IMG/VR virus record: IMGVR_UViG_3300025141_000018
DNA: 64,000 nucleotides
Strand: one strand, 5' to 3'
Source: a virus
Taxonomy: Duplodnaviria > Caudoviricetes
Position numbers and translations under genes: made by a program. How positions within the stretch are numbered: the stretch's first letter is position 1; each line of letters opens with the position of its first letter. Shown here one piece after another: positions 17,941 through 28,900 of this stretch. Below the pieces are notes generated by a model that searched no databases, was not told the origin of the DNA, and saw only the letters and a program-made list of their open reading frames with translations.

Positions 17941-18253
17941 AGCAGGTAATCTTAATAACGGTATTGGCATCAAAAAGTATAAACTTAAAAAACATGCCGG
18001 AGTTTTTAAGCATAATATAGAAAACGGCGTAGGCATTACAGAATGGCCATCGGGTGCTAAACTATATGGTTATTTTAAAGATGGCACAATAAACAGTTTA
18101 GGACTTTTTATAACAAGTAATAAATTAAGATACTATGGTAAAATAAAAGATTTCAAGCCTGTTAATAATAAACATTGGTTTGATGATAACAACAATGCAG
18201 TTAATTTTACCTTGGAAGAGTCAGTCAATATATTTGCAAAAGAAATAAGTTAA
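17906..18253 (+). CDS. Short MORN-repeat protein
   Basis: GVGITEWPSGAKLYGYFKDG...GLFI...RYYG repeats. Overlaps the preceding MORN gene. Confidence 0.6.
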   Translation: MKNTQEHNTQLEAGNLNNGIGIKKYKLKKHAGVFKHNIENGVGITEWPSGAKLYGYFKDGTINSLGLFITSNKLRYYGKIKDFKPVNNKHWFDDNNNAVNFTLEESVNIFAKEIS

Positions 18254-18274
18254 ATATATGTAAGGAATATTTTA

Positions 18275-19039
18275 ATGATAACAGTAGCACCAACAGTTGA
18301 TTTTAGTATTTTTACAGCCTCAACGACTGTCGACACAACAACAAAGGCATTAATAACCAGTTTTTCATTAAGTACGGCCGGTAAATCGTTTATTTTATCG
18401 CAAACACGTTATCGCCCTGTAAGAATATATCAAAACGGATCATATCAACAAGGTTATTATAATACTACTCTTGATTTTGAATATGGGCTAACCTCAACAG
18501 AAGCATACAGAGTATACGAACAAGATGTTGCAGATGCCGCAATATTTGTTAAAAACTTTTATCCCGACACTACAACATGCACCCAAAATCAATTTGATGT
18601 GTTAGTTAGTTTATATTTCTTTGAAAGAAATTTACGAACATTTATAGGTAATTCAGGTACATACGATATACAAACTGCATTCTTATCTGGTACTGCTGAA
18701 AATTTTGCAAATATATTAATGGATACATCTGCTAACAGACAACGACATTTTAAGGAAGCAAAAATATATGCCTTAGGAGAGTATGGAGATGCGTTAACTA
18801 CGGCGTGGCTTCGCAATGAAGGTATACAGTATATGCGAGCTAATTATCCGGATAATTTTCCTAGTGCGGCGAGCAGTCCAACGACCGAGCAAAAAAGGCA
18901 AGCTCGGTTATCCTATTACCGTGAAGTTCAACTTTGGCTAACAGGAATGACCGAGCTTGAAAAGCAAGATACAACTAACTTATATGATCAAGTTGTTGCA
19001 GGAACAATTGATCCTTTAAAGGCATTAATTGTTAAATGA
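18275..19039 (+). CDS. GH24 lysozyme-like protein, catalytic residues apparently lost
   Basis: QNQFDVLVSL and RQRHFKEAKIY match the phage lysozyme scaffold. The EG..Y.D..TIGYG segment reads QTRYRPVRIYQNGSYQQGYY. TAAATA core at 18251-18256 and AAGGA RBS upstream. Confidence 0.55.
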   Translation: MITVAPTVDFSIFTASTTVDTTTKALITSFSLSTAGKSFILSQTRYRPVRIYQNGSYQQGYYNTTLDFEYGLTSTEAYRVYEQDVADAAIFVKNFYPDTTTCTQNQFDVLVSLYFFERNLRTFIGNSGTYDIQTAFLSGTAENFANILMDTSANRQRHFKEAKIYALGEYGDALTTAWLRNEGIQYMRANYPDNFPSAASSPTTEQKRQARLSYYREVQLWLTGMTELEKQDTTNLYDQVVAGTIDPLKALIVK

Positions 19040-20623
19040 AACTATTTTATTATTATTATTATCTTCCCAATTTACCATATAATCCCATTCAAAAATAGTA
19101 ACTTTACAATTACCAAATTCAGAAGTTCCAGGACCATCATTCCAAGTACCTAATTTTTTCTTTGGATTCTTATTTTTGAATATCATCTCTGCAAAATCTT
19201 CCCCAGAGCCATAATCATTTGGTCCATTTAGTGCCCAATTAGTAAAAAGCGGATTCGAATTATCAAACCATCTCCAATCACCTTCACTACTCAAATCAGT
19301 TAATCCTATTCTTAATGTATACCCTGATACTTTATTGATTTTATCATTCAATTGGTTATAAAAATAATTTGCAATAAATTCATTTTCTTCATTTCCTTCA
19401 ATTTTCACAGGATACGAATTGAATTCTTTTGATAGATTTTTAGCTATTGACCAAGTAACACACTTATTGGTTAATGCGTATGTATGGTTTTGATAAACCG
19501 TAAAATGTGAAAAGTGTTCATCAATATGTGGACGAGCCATCTCTAAGGATTCAGGCTTAGAAGGAATAACGGCCAGGATTTTCTTTTCGCCCCGAACACA
19601 ACGGACACTGTATTCTTTCGACTTATCCTTTGTTTCATCAGTCAAGGTCCAAAATTGTTCATAACGGCTATCATCCGGATAATCTCCTTTTTCAGGCAAA
19701 GTCCAATCATTGAATCCTTCGAGATCCAGATTTTTGCAATATTCAACAGCACCATACCAATTAAGGTGGTAATCAAATGCTTCTTTCTGCCACATCAGCC
19801 TGGTTGTTGGTTTATTAGTTGTTGGTTTATTATTAGAAACGAGTTTCTCGGGCGTTTTATTAACAACTTTTTTAGCAACAGACTTCCGTTTCTGTTTTTT
19901 ATTCTTAATTTGTTCAAAGAGCTTGTTAGATTGCACAACCTGATTCATAGCAAGTGTCTGATTGTTCCTCTCAACTACTTGAATTCTATTTTCAAGAGTT
20001 TCGTTTTTCTTAGATAATTTTGCTATTGTTTCAGATTGTTCTTCAATGTAGGTATTTGCAGTTTTCCTATTTGCTCTGCAAGTTTCCATTTCATCCCGTG
20101 GAACTTTTATTAATGTCGACACTACAAAAGAATGTCCCATAAAACTTCCACCATGAAAGTTACTGTATCGTTCTAAATAGCGATCCTCGGTTGTTACATT
20201 TCCCATATATAATTCTGCTCTCATTTTAGCAAACGAATTACCTTGGGTCAATGTATCAATTACACCGCCATTACCGCCAATACTAACATCTTTATGTTCT
20301 TCAATAACAGAAACATTAAGTCCACAGTAACGAGCAAACGCAATCATGGCATCATTAAATGATTCATTTTTTGCATCTTTACGTTCTGAACGTCTTGCTG
20401 ACATTCCAACAAAATAAAATGCATCACCTTCTTTTGGAGTTTTTCGCAACCAATCAGGTTCTATTGCAGGCTCAGTATGATCTAGTTGAGAATATCCTGA
20501 TATTTTTACTTTGTTTATTTCTTGAGATTTTGCTTTTGGAGTAGTAGCCGTCGCAGTTGAACAACTAATTATAAACGGAAGGAGTAAGTATAAAATCTTA
20601 TCCTTTATTGTTATATTTTTCAT
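19025..20623 (-). CDS. Lipoprotein with LPP20-like domain, coiled coil, DUF1566-like domain and C-type lectin domain
   Basis: Lipobox IISC. LMWQK...W..A.EYC.NL.L.GFNDW.LP...SVRCVR (DUF1566-like). TWSIAK...IGLTD..SEGDWRW.D.S...FTNW...GPND...ED...WND (CTLD). Confidence 0.75.
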   Translation of the reverse strand: MKNITIKDKILYLLLPFIISCSTATATTPKAKSQEINKVKISGYSQLDHTEPAIEPDWLRKTPKEGDAFYFVGMSARRSERKDAKNESFNDAMIAFARYCGLNVSVIEEHKDVSIGGNGGVIDTLTQGNSFAKMRAELYMGNVTTEDRYLERYSNFHGGSFMGHSFVVSTLIKVPRDEMETCRANRKTANTYIEEQSETIAKLSKKNETLENRIQVVERNNQTLAMNQVVQSNKLFEQIKNKKQKRKSVAKKVVNKTPEKLVSNNKPTTNKPTTRLMWQKEAFDYHLNWYGAVEYCKNLDLEGFNDWTLPEKGDYPDDSRYEQFWTLTDETKDKSKEYSVRCVRGEKKILAVIPSKPESLEMARPHIDEHFSHFTVYQNHTYALTNKCVTWSIAKNLSKEFNSYPVKIEGNEENEFIANYFYNQLNDKINKVSGYTLRIGLTDLSSEGDWRWFDNSNPLFTNWALNGPNDYGSGEDFAEMIFKNKNPKKKLGTWNDGPGTSEFGNCKVTIFEWDYMVNWEDNNNNKIVSFNN

Positions 20624-20644
20624 TTTGCCTTTATTTGCCTAAGT

Positions 20645-20675
20645 TTAAAAGAAAGGAGTGACCTAAGCCACTCCT
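20645..20675 (-). terminator. Rho-independent terminator between the two lipoprotein genes
   Basis: Minus strand AGGAGTGGC-TTAG-GTCACTCCT stem followed by TTCTTTT. Confidence 0.75.
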
Positions 20676-20683
20676 GAGTGAGT

Positions 20684-21400
20684 TTATTGAGTTACAGGTG
20701 CCTCAAGTGGGCTAACTTCAGTTTGAAAAAAGTCATCATCGTTGATGCCTTCTTTTTCAACTATTTCCCAGAACTTAAGACTATTGACTGCCTGCTCTTG
20801 AGCGGCCGCCGTTACTGCATTACTTGCTTCTTGCTTTGCTTTAAAAACATTATGCTTGGCAGTATTACCAAATGCCTCAATAAAATGTTTCTTTGGCATT
20901 GACACAAGTGCAAAATACTTGTATCCTGGGCGTCCGACCATGTCGGCTTCACGCTCAAAATACCACTTAGTAGTACGAGCACCTTTAAGTACATTCATAT
21001 GAACGAACTTATAATAGCCCCTTGAACCTATTGTTGGTGCAAGTGTAGCACCATCAAGACCGAAACCTAATTCGGCTTCTTCATACTTTGCTTTTGCTAC
21101 GGTACTCAAATACTCCATACCGGAGAACAACGCATCACGTTTCGCGGCACGTCTTGCCGATTTTTCAGTGGCGTAAAGTGAACTTACACCAGTAAAATAA
21201 ATCAGATCTCCATCAAGCAATGGTTCATTCATTACCCACTCAGGACGATCAGATTGGTCTGGATACGTGATTGGTTTTAGTTGCTGAACAGTAGTAGTAG
21301 CAATTAAACTATCACTAACTGACGAACTAATCGATGGCCTTTTGTCACTACATCCGACAGCCACCATTGCAATTACCATTGCAACGAGGATATTTTTCAT
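20684..21400 (-). CDS. Lipoprotein, LPP20-like
   Basis: MKNILVAMVIAMVAVGC signal peptide II. The RPEWV...DGDLIYFTGVS...ARRAAKRDA segment parallels the N-domain of the downstream lipoprotein. AAGGG RBS precedes ATG 21400. Confidence 0.75.
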   Translation of the reverse strand: MKNILVAMVIAMVAVGCSDKRPSISSSVSDSLIATTTVQQLKPITYPDQSDRPEWVMNEPLLDGDLIYFTGVSSLYATEKSARRAAKRDALFSGMEYLSTVAKAKYEEAELGFGLDGATLAPTIGSRGYYKFVHMNVLKGARTTKWYFEREADMVGRPGYKYFALVSMPKKHFIEAFGNTAKHNVFKAKQEASNAVTAAAQEQAVNSLKFWEIVEKEGINDDDFFQTEVSPLEAPVTQ

Positions 21401-21477
21401 AACATTCCCTTTCAATTAAGGATTAACAGTTAAATTATGTGTTTACACGATGCAAACACTTCTGACCTCATGCAATT

Positions 21478-21506
21478 ATTATACACTATGCACACTCTAG
21501 AGTCAA
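21478..21506 (-). promoter_or_regulatory. Sigma70-type promoter for the lipoprotein pair
   Basis: TTGACT - 17 nt - TATAAT, again with TAGTG before the -10 box. ATTATACACTA is identical to 11650-11660. Confidence 0.75.
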
Positions 21507-22193
21507 CCTCTTTTTTAATTTTTTTTCATAATAGAGCCATTTTTTTGCAAAATCGCACGATTTTGTTTCATTTGCCCAAGGGCCACCTAGTGTATAGTGA
21601 TAAATTTTTATATTTTTGATTGGATTGTATTCGCCTACGAGGAAATTATAGTGTATAGGCATTTTACCTATAAAGGGGGTTTCGGTCCATCTAAAGTGCA
21701 TTAAATCACTTGCTGGAGCATTATTAACATAAGATAATGTTAACTTTCTGCAATCAGGATGTCCGTTATTAAACAACATAAAACTTGCCCAATTCTTACG
21801 TGGAAAGGCTGAATTGTGTTCATCTTTAACGCCTGAAGCAATATATTTTGATTTAGTAGGAGTATAATTATGCTGAACTACACTAACCGCTTGCATATCA
21901 TTTATATAACGAAGCGTTTCCATTAGATTACATTCAACAATAAAGTCATCATCCATGAATATACTGTAACCTTCAAATTTACAAAAAGCAGGACACATAA
22001 ATCGAGCAATAGTGTGATCTGTATTTTGATCCGGTGCTCGTTTTCTAGTCCATCCTGCTAGGTGCTGAGGATGCATAGGAAAGATACGAGCCTCAGGATT
22101 ATATGTTAAAACGCTTTCTTTACACACATCCGACACATGAGGGCGTTCATGTGTGAGTCCTATGAAGATGTTTAATTTAGGTAGTTTTTTCAT
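21486..22193 (-). CDS. Glycosyltransferase (GT8-like, GT-A fold)
   Basis: ARFMCP, IFMDDDF (DxD), VSVVQH, PRKNWASFMLFN, HYTLGGPW motifs common in phage GTs. Confidence 0.8.
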   Translation of the reverse strand: MKKLPKLNIFIGLTHERPHVSDVCKESVLTYNPEARIFPMHPQHLAGWTRKRAPDQNTDHTIARFMCPAFCKFEGYSIFMDDDFIVECNLMETLRYINDMQAVSVVQHNYTPTKSKYIASGVKDEHNSAFPRKNWASFMLFNNGHPDCRKLTLSYVNNAPASDLMHFRWTETPFIGKMPIHYNFLVGEYNPIKNIKIYHYTLGGPWANETKSCDFAKKWLYYEKKLKKRLTLECA

Positions 22194-22194
22194 C

Positions 22195-22202
22195 GATAAA
22201 TA
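22195..22202 (+). promoter_or_regulatory. Late promoter core upstream of gp25-gp6
   Basis: GATAAATA ~23 nt before ATG 22225. Confidence 0.55.
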
Positions 22203-22224
22203 TATAAAATTGAAGGTACTTCGT

Positions 22225-22608
22225 ATGGCTAAGATTCTATTTAAAGGTTACTCAACAATCGATAAGAAGATTGGAAGTACGCAACTTTTTGATTTAAATT
22301 TAGCAAAACAAGATTTAATGAACCATTTTTACACCAGACGTGGTGAACGTGTAATGGAACCAACTTTCGGTAGTCTTATCCCTACATTGTTATTTAACCC
22401 GATTAATAACGATATGGATGATATAATTTTACAAGATGCTGAATCAATTATAGATACAGACCCACGTTTTGAATTAGTTACAGCAGATACCACAATTAAT
22501 GCAGATGCTAATTCAATTACATTAAACTTATTATTAAACTATACACCAGATGATAAACAAGTAACTATGGAGTTACAATTCGACGCAAGAGCTGAAGAGG
22601 CAGTATAA
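22225..22608 (+). CDS. gp25: Baseplate wedge subunit gp25
   Basis: FKGYST, DLMNHFYTRRGERVMEPTFG, DPR motifs. Start at ATG 22225. Confidence 0.9.
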   Translation: MAKILFKGYSTIDKKIGSTQLFDLNLAKQDLMNHFYTRRGERVMEPTFGSLIPTLLFNPINNDMDDIILQDAESIIDTDPRFELVTADTTINADANSITLNLLLNYTPDDKQVTMELQFDARAEEAV

Positions 22609-25600
22609 ATGGCAACAACATTACGACAGAAAAAACTTTTAGCCGCTGAAGATTTCACGGCTTTGTATGAATCATTTGCAAGTGCAAATTTTAAAGCATA
22701 CGATTATGATAGTATCAGAGAAGCATTAATTAACTATGTACAAGACAATTATGCTGAAGATTATAACGATTGGATTGAAAGTAGTGAATTTGTTGCTCTA
22801 GTAGATTTGTTTAGTTTCATTGGACATAGTATTGCATTTAGATTAGATTTAACAACTAGAGAAAATATTCTTGATACTGCAACTAAATCTTCAAGTGTTT
22901 TAAATCTTGCAAGATTTGTTGGATATAATCCAAGCAGATGTAATCCTGCAACAGGTTTATTAAAATTAAAAGCATTACGTACAACAGAAACCATATACGA
23001 TTTTAATGGGACTGATATAGGTAATACTGATATAATTTGGGGTGATGCAAGTAACACCGATTATTATGAACAATTTATTACAGTATTAAATAGGGCATTT
23101 CAAACTATTAATCAATTTGGAAATCCTTATAAAAAAGGAACAGTTGATAACATATCAACTGAAGTATATAAATTAAATTCTAATACAGAAAAAGCAGAGG
23201 TTACATATCCTTTTACTGCTATTGCTAATGGATCTTCTCATTCATTTGAAGTTGTTAATGGAACATTTAAAGATACTGAATATTTTTACGAAGACGATCC
23301 AGATCCAAGTGCCGCAATGAGTTTATATTATAGAAATGATGGAACAGGATTTTTAAGTAAGGATACTGGATTCTTTGTAATGTTTAAGCAAGGGTCATTG
23401 CAACATACAGATTATACATTAGATAAAGCAATAGAAAACAGAGTTATAGATATTGATACCGAAAATATTAATAATACTGACGTATGGGTACAAAATATTA
23501 GTGCCGATGGTACTGTAACAACCGCAAACAAATGGACTAAAGTAGATAGCACCGAAGGTAACAATGTAATATACAATTCATTAAACAAAAACATACGTAA
23601 GATTTTTTCTGTAATTTCAAGATTAAATGATACTATTAGTATTAAATTTGCTGATGGTAACTATGGTGAAATTCCACGTAACCTAATGAGAGTGTGGTAT
23701 AGAACTAGCAATGGCGACACATATGTTTTACGAAGTGCTGATGTACAAGATGTATCTATAACAATTCCATATATTGGAATTGATGGATTGTCATATGATT
23801 TAACATGCACATTTGATTTAGAGTATACTGTTAGAACTGCTACCGCAACCGAAAGTGTAGATAATATTAAACAAAATGCACCATTAGTTTATGCAAGTCA
23901 AAACAGAATGGTTTCAGCACAAGACTATACAGTATTTCCATATACTCAAAGTAGTGCCGTTAAAAAAGTAAAAGCAGTTAATAGAACCAATATTGGACAT
24001 AATAGATTTTTAACATTTAACGATCCAACCGGCGTATATACTAATCTTAACATTTTTGGATCAGATGGGTACATTTACAAAGATTCATTATTAAAACGAA
24101 AAATTATAACATTGCCTAGTACATATACAAATCAAGAAATAGCAGACGATTTAATGACTAACATGTTATTTGATGCTGATGTTATGAATTTTTATTACGA
24201 GAATTATCCTAAGATTACTGGAACACCTTATTTGGCATCTTCGGATTCAGCAGTAAAAATCTTTAGACAAGTGTCAAGTACGTCAACAACATCAACTGGA
24301 TATTTTAAAGTTGGTGGATCATTAACAACAGCGGCGGCAGTTGGCACTAGTTACACAACAGATACAATTTTAAAAGTTATTAAAAAAGATGCATTACTGG
24401 GGTTTGTAGAACCAGCAACTGGAGATACTGAAGAGTCAACATGGGCGTCAAGTACTGCACATACAATAACATGGGCAAAAGTTTTAAGTGTAACAGGCTC
24501 AGGGTTAGGTACATTTGATACTGATGGAAACTATACTGGTAAAGATACTGCTGGTGTCGGAACAATATCACTTAGTCAACGTATACCCGATAATGCTAGA
24601 ATTCGACATGCAGTACCACATTTTAGAAGGAAGTTTACACCATCTGAACGAGATTTAATTGTTGAACAATTATCTTTAAAAAATAGTTTTGGTATAGGAT
24701 ACGACGAAGGACTAGATTTATGGTGGATCGTAGACGAAGATAACATCAGTGAACCATCAACTACATTTGTAAGAAATGTTGTTCAAGATAATACAAATAC
24801 TAATCCAAGTTGGATTATACGTGCTGAAGTTAAAAATAATAAAATAGAATTCTTAATTAGACATTCTAGGTATATTTTTAGTAGTGATAAAGAAGTACGT
24901 TTTTATAATCCAAATATTAAACGATCAATTGATGTAGACACAAATAAACCTGTTGTTGACCAGATTAGTGTATTAGGTACTAATACTAAACCTGGAGAAA
25001 CAACATTAATAGGGTCTGATATTAAATTTAATCCTGTCGGAACAGTAACATATAATGATGGATACAGCGATCCAACTAAATTAATTATTTCTCCAGCAGA
25101 TGAGAACTTAGATTTAGTACCAGATTTTCCAGATTCATTTGAACAGATTGTAGGTGCCGATACAAACAAAATATATTTTAATAAAGTAACTGAGGGTGGA
25201 TACGAATATGAACGTTATACTCCTAATACTACAACTACAACAAAAACAGGACGAGCGACATTAAAATTTCAATGGAAGCATTATGCAACTGATGAAAGAA
25301 AAATCGATCCATCAGCAAGTAACATTATTGATATATTTGTATTAACAGAAAATTATGACAACGAATTTAGAGAATGGTTAGCGGCAAACGGATCGGTTAG
25401 TACAAAACCAGCCGAACCAACACAAACAGATCTTAATACATTATTAAGTGGTATAAAAGATTATAAAATGAGTTCGGACGAAATTGTCTTTAAACCAGTA
25501 AAGTATAAAATATTATTTGGACAGAAAGCAGATTTAGAAATGCAGGCTAGATTTAAAGTTATTAAAGCACCGGGCATAAACCTAACAGACAACGAAATAA

Positions 25601-25956
25601 AAAGTAAAGTAATTACCGCAATAGATGCGTATTTTAATGTTGAAAATTGGGATTTTGGTGAAACATTCTATTTTACAGAATTATCAGCATACATACACCA
25701 ATCATTAGCAGGTATTGTAAGTTCTGTTGTTATTGTTCCTGTAAGTCAAGCAAGTGTATTTGGTGATTTATTTCAAATTACACCAAACTTAGATGAAGTG
25801 TTTATTAGCTCAGCACACATAACAGATGTTGAAATTGTTTCAGCATTAACAGATACTAATTTAAGAACAACTGCAACAACTGCAACAGAATCAAGTACAG
25901 AAGAAATTGTTACCACATCGTTTGTAGGTGGTAGTACATCAACAGGGTCGTATTAA
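22609..25956 (+). CDS. gp6: Baseplate wedge subunit gp6-like (1115 aa)
   Basis: YDYDSIREALINY, NDWIESSE, ENILDTA..SSVLNLA, FADG, QNRMVSAQDY motifs. Follows gp25. Confidence 0.85.
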   Translation: MATTLRQKKLLAAEDFTALYESFASANFKAYDYDSIREALINYVQDNYAEDYNDWIESSEFVALVDLFSFIGHSIAFRLDLTTRENILDTATKSSSVLNLARFVGYNPSRCNPATGLLKLKALRTTETIYDFNGTDIGNTDIIWGDASNTDYYEQFITVLNRAFQTINQFGNPYKKGTVDNISTEVYKLNSNTEKAEVTYPFTAIANGSSHSFEVVNGTFKDTEYFYEDDPDPSAAMSLYYRNDGTGFLSKDTGFFVMFKQGSLQHTDYTLDKAIENRVIDIDTENINNTDVWVQNISADGTVTTANKWTKVDSTEGNNVIYNSLNKNIRKIFSVISRLNDTISIKFADGNYGEIPRNLMRVWYRTSNGDTYVLRSADVQDVSITIPYIGIDGLSYDLTCTFDLEYTVRTATATESVDNIKQNAPLVYASQNRMVSAQDYTVFPYTQSSAVKKVKAVNRTNIGHNRFLTFNDPTGVYTNLNIFGSDGYIYKDSLLKRKIITLPSTYTNQEIADDLMTNMLFDADVMNFYYENYPKITGTPYLASSDSAVKIFRQVSSTSTTSTGYFKVGGSLTTAAAVGTSYTTDTILKVIKKDALLGFVEPATGDTEESTWASSTAHTITWAKVLSVTGSGLGTFDTDGNYTGKDTAGVGTISLSQRIPDNARIRHAVPHFRRKFTPSERDLIVEQLSLKNSFGIGYDEGLDLWWIVDEDNISEPSTTFVRNVVQDNTNTNPSWIIRAEVKNNKIEFLIRHSRYIFSSDKEVRFYNPNIKRSIDVDTNKPVVDQISVLGTNTKPGETTLIGSDIKFNPVGTVTYNDGYSDPTKLIISPADENLDLVPDFPDSFEQIVGADTNKIYFNKVTEGGYEYERYTPNTTTTTKTGRATLKFQWKHYATDERKIDPSASNIIDIFVLTENYDNEFREWLAANGSVSTKPAEPTQTDLNTLLSGIKDYKMSSDEIVFKPVKYKILFGQKADLEMQARFKVIKAPGINLTDNEIKSKVITAIDAYFNVENWDFGETFYFTELSAYIHQSLAGIVSSVVIVPVSQASVFGDLFQITPNLDEVFISSAHITDVEIVSALTDTNLRTTATTATESSTEEIVTTSFVGGSTSTGSY

Positions 25957-28900
25957 TGGCAGATATACCTCATGTTCCTAAGGTAATAAAAGACACTACT
26001 AAACCAGGAACTAATAAAGCAGTCGAACGTAAAGAGTTTTCTAACCTATTACCTTCCTATCTTCGAACAGATACTAATAAAAAAGTTTTATCAACTATAC
26101 TAGACTTTTTAATGAGTAATGGTAATACAAGACAATATAGCCAATATTACGGAAGAGCAAAAGGTGGATATCATACAGCCACACAAGACGAAATAGCAAA
26201 TCTACTTAACGAGTGGCAAAAGAATTATAGTTTTAGTCCCGGTTGGTTTAGTCAAGATCCGGGAACAAAAGAAATACAGTTAAGTCTAACACAAGATGAT
26301 GCATATACAGAACTTAAACGACACGGAGTAAATGATAAAGATTGGAATGATGTTTTTGAGCATTCGGCATATTCATGGAGTCCTCCTATTGACCATGATA
26401 AGTTTATTAACTATGAACAATATTATTGGATTAATTGGGCGTTAGTTCTTGATGTACCAACACTTGGTAGTGGAGGTTCTGTTATTAACGAAATAACTGC
26501 AAATGTTACAACCCGAGAGGGCGTGTCTGTTGCATTAGAAACTGGAATGGGACTTAAAAATCTTGGTAACTTCCATTTTAAAGTATCCGGTGTTGGCGAT
26601 AGCATAAGACTTGACGAAAGACAAGCCGCAGATATAATAACACGAATAGGTACTACACGAGAACAACACGAAGCAGATTATATTACTATTGGCCTTGGTG
26701 CAACTAACGGAAATCCTTGGAGTAGAAGTAATTATTGGATGCACGAAGATACTCTTAAAGCAATGGAAATAGGGTGTGCTTGGAGTGCTTCAGTAACATA
26801 TGCCGCCGACGATATTGTTAGTCGCGATGGAGAATTTCGCATAGCAAAACAGATAGGAGGTAATATAAATCAAGATCCGTTATCTGATAATACATTAACA
26901 TATTGGGGTCCTGGTATTAAAGTATTAGATCCGGGTGCTCGAGCTACACGACCTATTATAGAATTTAATAAAGACATAGAAATATATAATCATGGTTTCG
27001 ATCATGCGGCAGAAGTTGGCCACATTACATCTGCTAGTATCGCTGATATTGTAGGTAAATCAAGTTATTCATATAAATCTGGTGCAGACGATGTATCTTT
27101 TGGTAATGGACAATCAGTACTGTTTATAAATTCGACTACAGATATTAATAATAAAATGTATACAATTGGTGGAGTTGGTTCTGCAATTACATTAACAGGC
27201 GAAAAAACATTTACAACTGGACAATCAGTACTCACACACAAGCGGGACACTGGCACCTCGGCAACAAAAATCTATATGGGTTCTCGTTATCACTTTAATG
27301 GAACGACCTTTGTTACTTCCCAACAAAAGACTGCAAGAGGACAAGCACCTTTATTTAATTTGTATGATAAAGATAATGTATTGTTAGATAATACAACAAA
27401 ATACCCAGATAGCAACTTTGCTGGTAGTAACGTTTTTACATATGCAACAGATACAACCGGTACTACTGATACAGAATTAAATTTTAATCCTGTTATTGAA
27501 ACAATCGGATTACAGGTAGCAGATTTATACGCAAGTAATAATGATTATGTATTTGATTGGGATCAGTCTAAAAAAGAATATCAGTATAAATCAAATAATG
27601 TAGTAACTGAAATAGCAGGAATATATTATACTAAAATTGGTTCTCAATATCAAAGTGGCTGGCATGAAAGTAATTACGAAGCATACACTCCTGTCATACA
27701 AGACATTGAAGTAGGTTCGACAACAAGCGATACTCGATATTCTGGATGTGTAACAGGAACAGTAGGATTAAATGGAAAATATGAAATTGATACAGGAACT
27801 AATACTCCGTATTATTCACGAGAATTTTATGTACATTTTGAAGGGAATAAATTTTCATGGTTTGTTAAAAAAAATGGACGGTATCATCAAATTCCAGCAG
27901 AGCCAAATGAAACTAATCCTAAATTATATTTTCCATCTGGTAAAGATATAACAATTAATTATTATAGTGAAATCGAAGGATTTAAAATTACTGATCCAAC
28001 CGGTACCGTTCCCGCCTCTGGAATTACTAATAATAATGCAACATCAGGTACAATAACAATTAATATTGATAAAGCAACATACCCGGTATTACGTTATAAC
28101 GCATATCCAACAAGTACTGTTTACGGAGAGATATACCTATTTGATGAAAAACAAGAACATGGAAGACCTTTAGTATATAGAAACGGAATTATACAAAAAG
28201 AAGGAACACAGGTACAAGCAGAAGCTCAAACTGCTGATTGGTATTTAAGTGGATCAAAAATTACATTTCCATTTTTTACAACAGAAGGCAGCCAGGGTAG
28301 AACTGTAACATTTGATTCAGTAACAGGTGATTATATTATACCAAGTGAAACTAGTAATGAACTATTAGAAGTAACTACAATACAAGAAAAAGATGTTATT
28401 AATATTGAATATTATATTGATGAACCGCGAGCTACTGATGTATGGGATGATTGTGCACCATTAACTAAAAATCCTAATTGGGAAAATCCTGCCAGTTTAA
28501 GTTATGGTAAGTTATATAAACATTTTACTACATGCTTACGAAAGCAACCATTACTTGAAGGAGCATCTTCGGGTAAGAATAATTCTAGAAATATTAGATC
28601 ATTTAACACAATACCGGGTACAATATTACAATATAAAAATCCGGCATTAATAAGTGGGTTGATTTTAGATAATCCTTTTGCACCAATTATGCAAAGTATT
28701 TTTTGGTATGCACAACAATATGAAGTGTTTAAATTTAAGTTACTTAATGCATTTGATAACGCAATGCTAGGTAAGGATTATACATTATTATCTCATAGAG
28801 AATTACTTGATGATGCACTAATTGCATTAACTAAAGGAAAGACTAAAGGATTCTCCTTTAGTTTAACAAATCATGTTGCATATAAAGGGTATACTGAAAA

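Noticed and set aside
19025-20000. DUF1566/C-type lectin domains as the target of a diversity-generating retroelement
   Set aside because: No reverse transcriptase, and no second near-identical copy (template repeat) of this region was found by eye in the window. A DGR elsewhere in the genome cannot be excluded.
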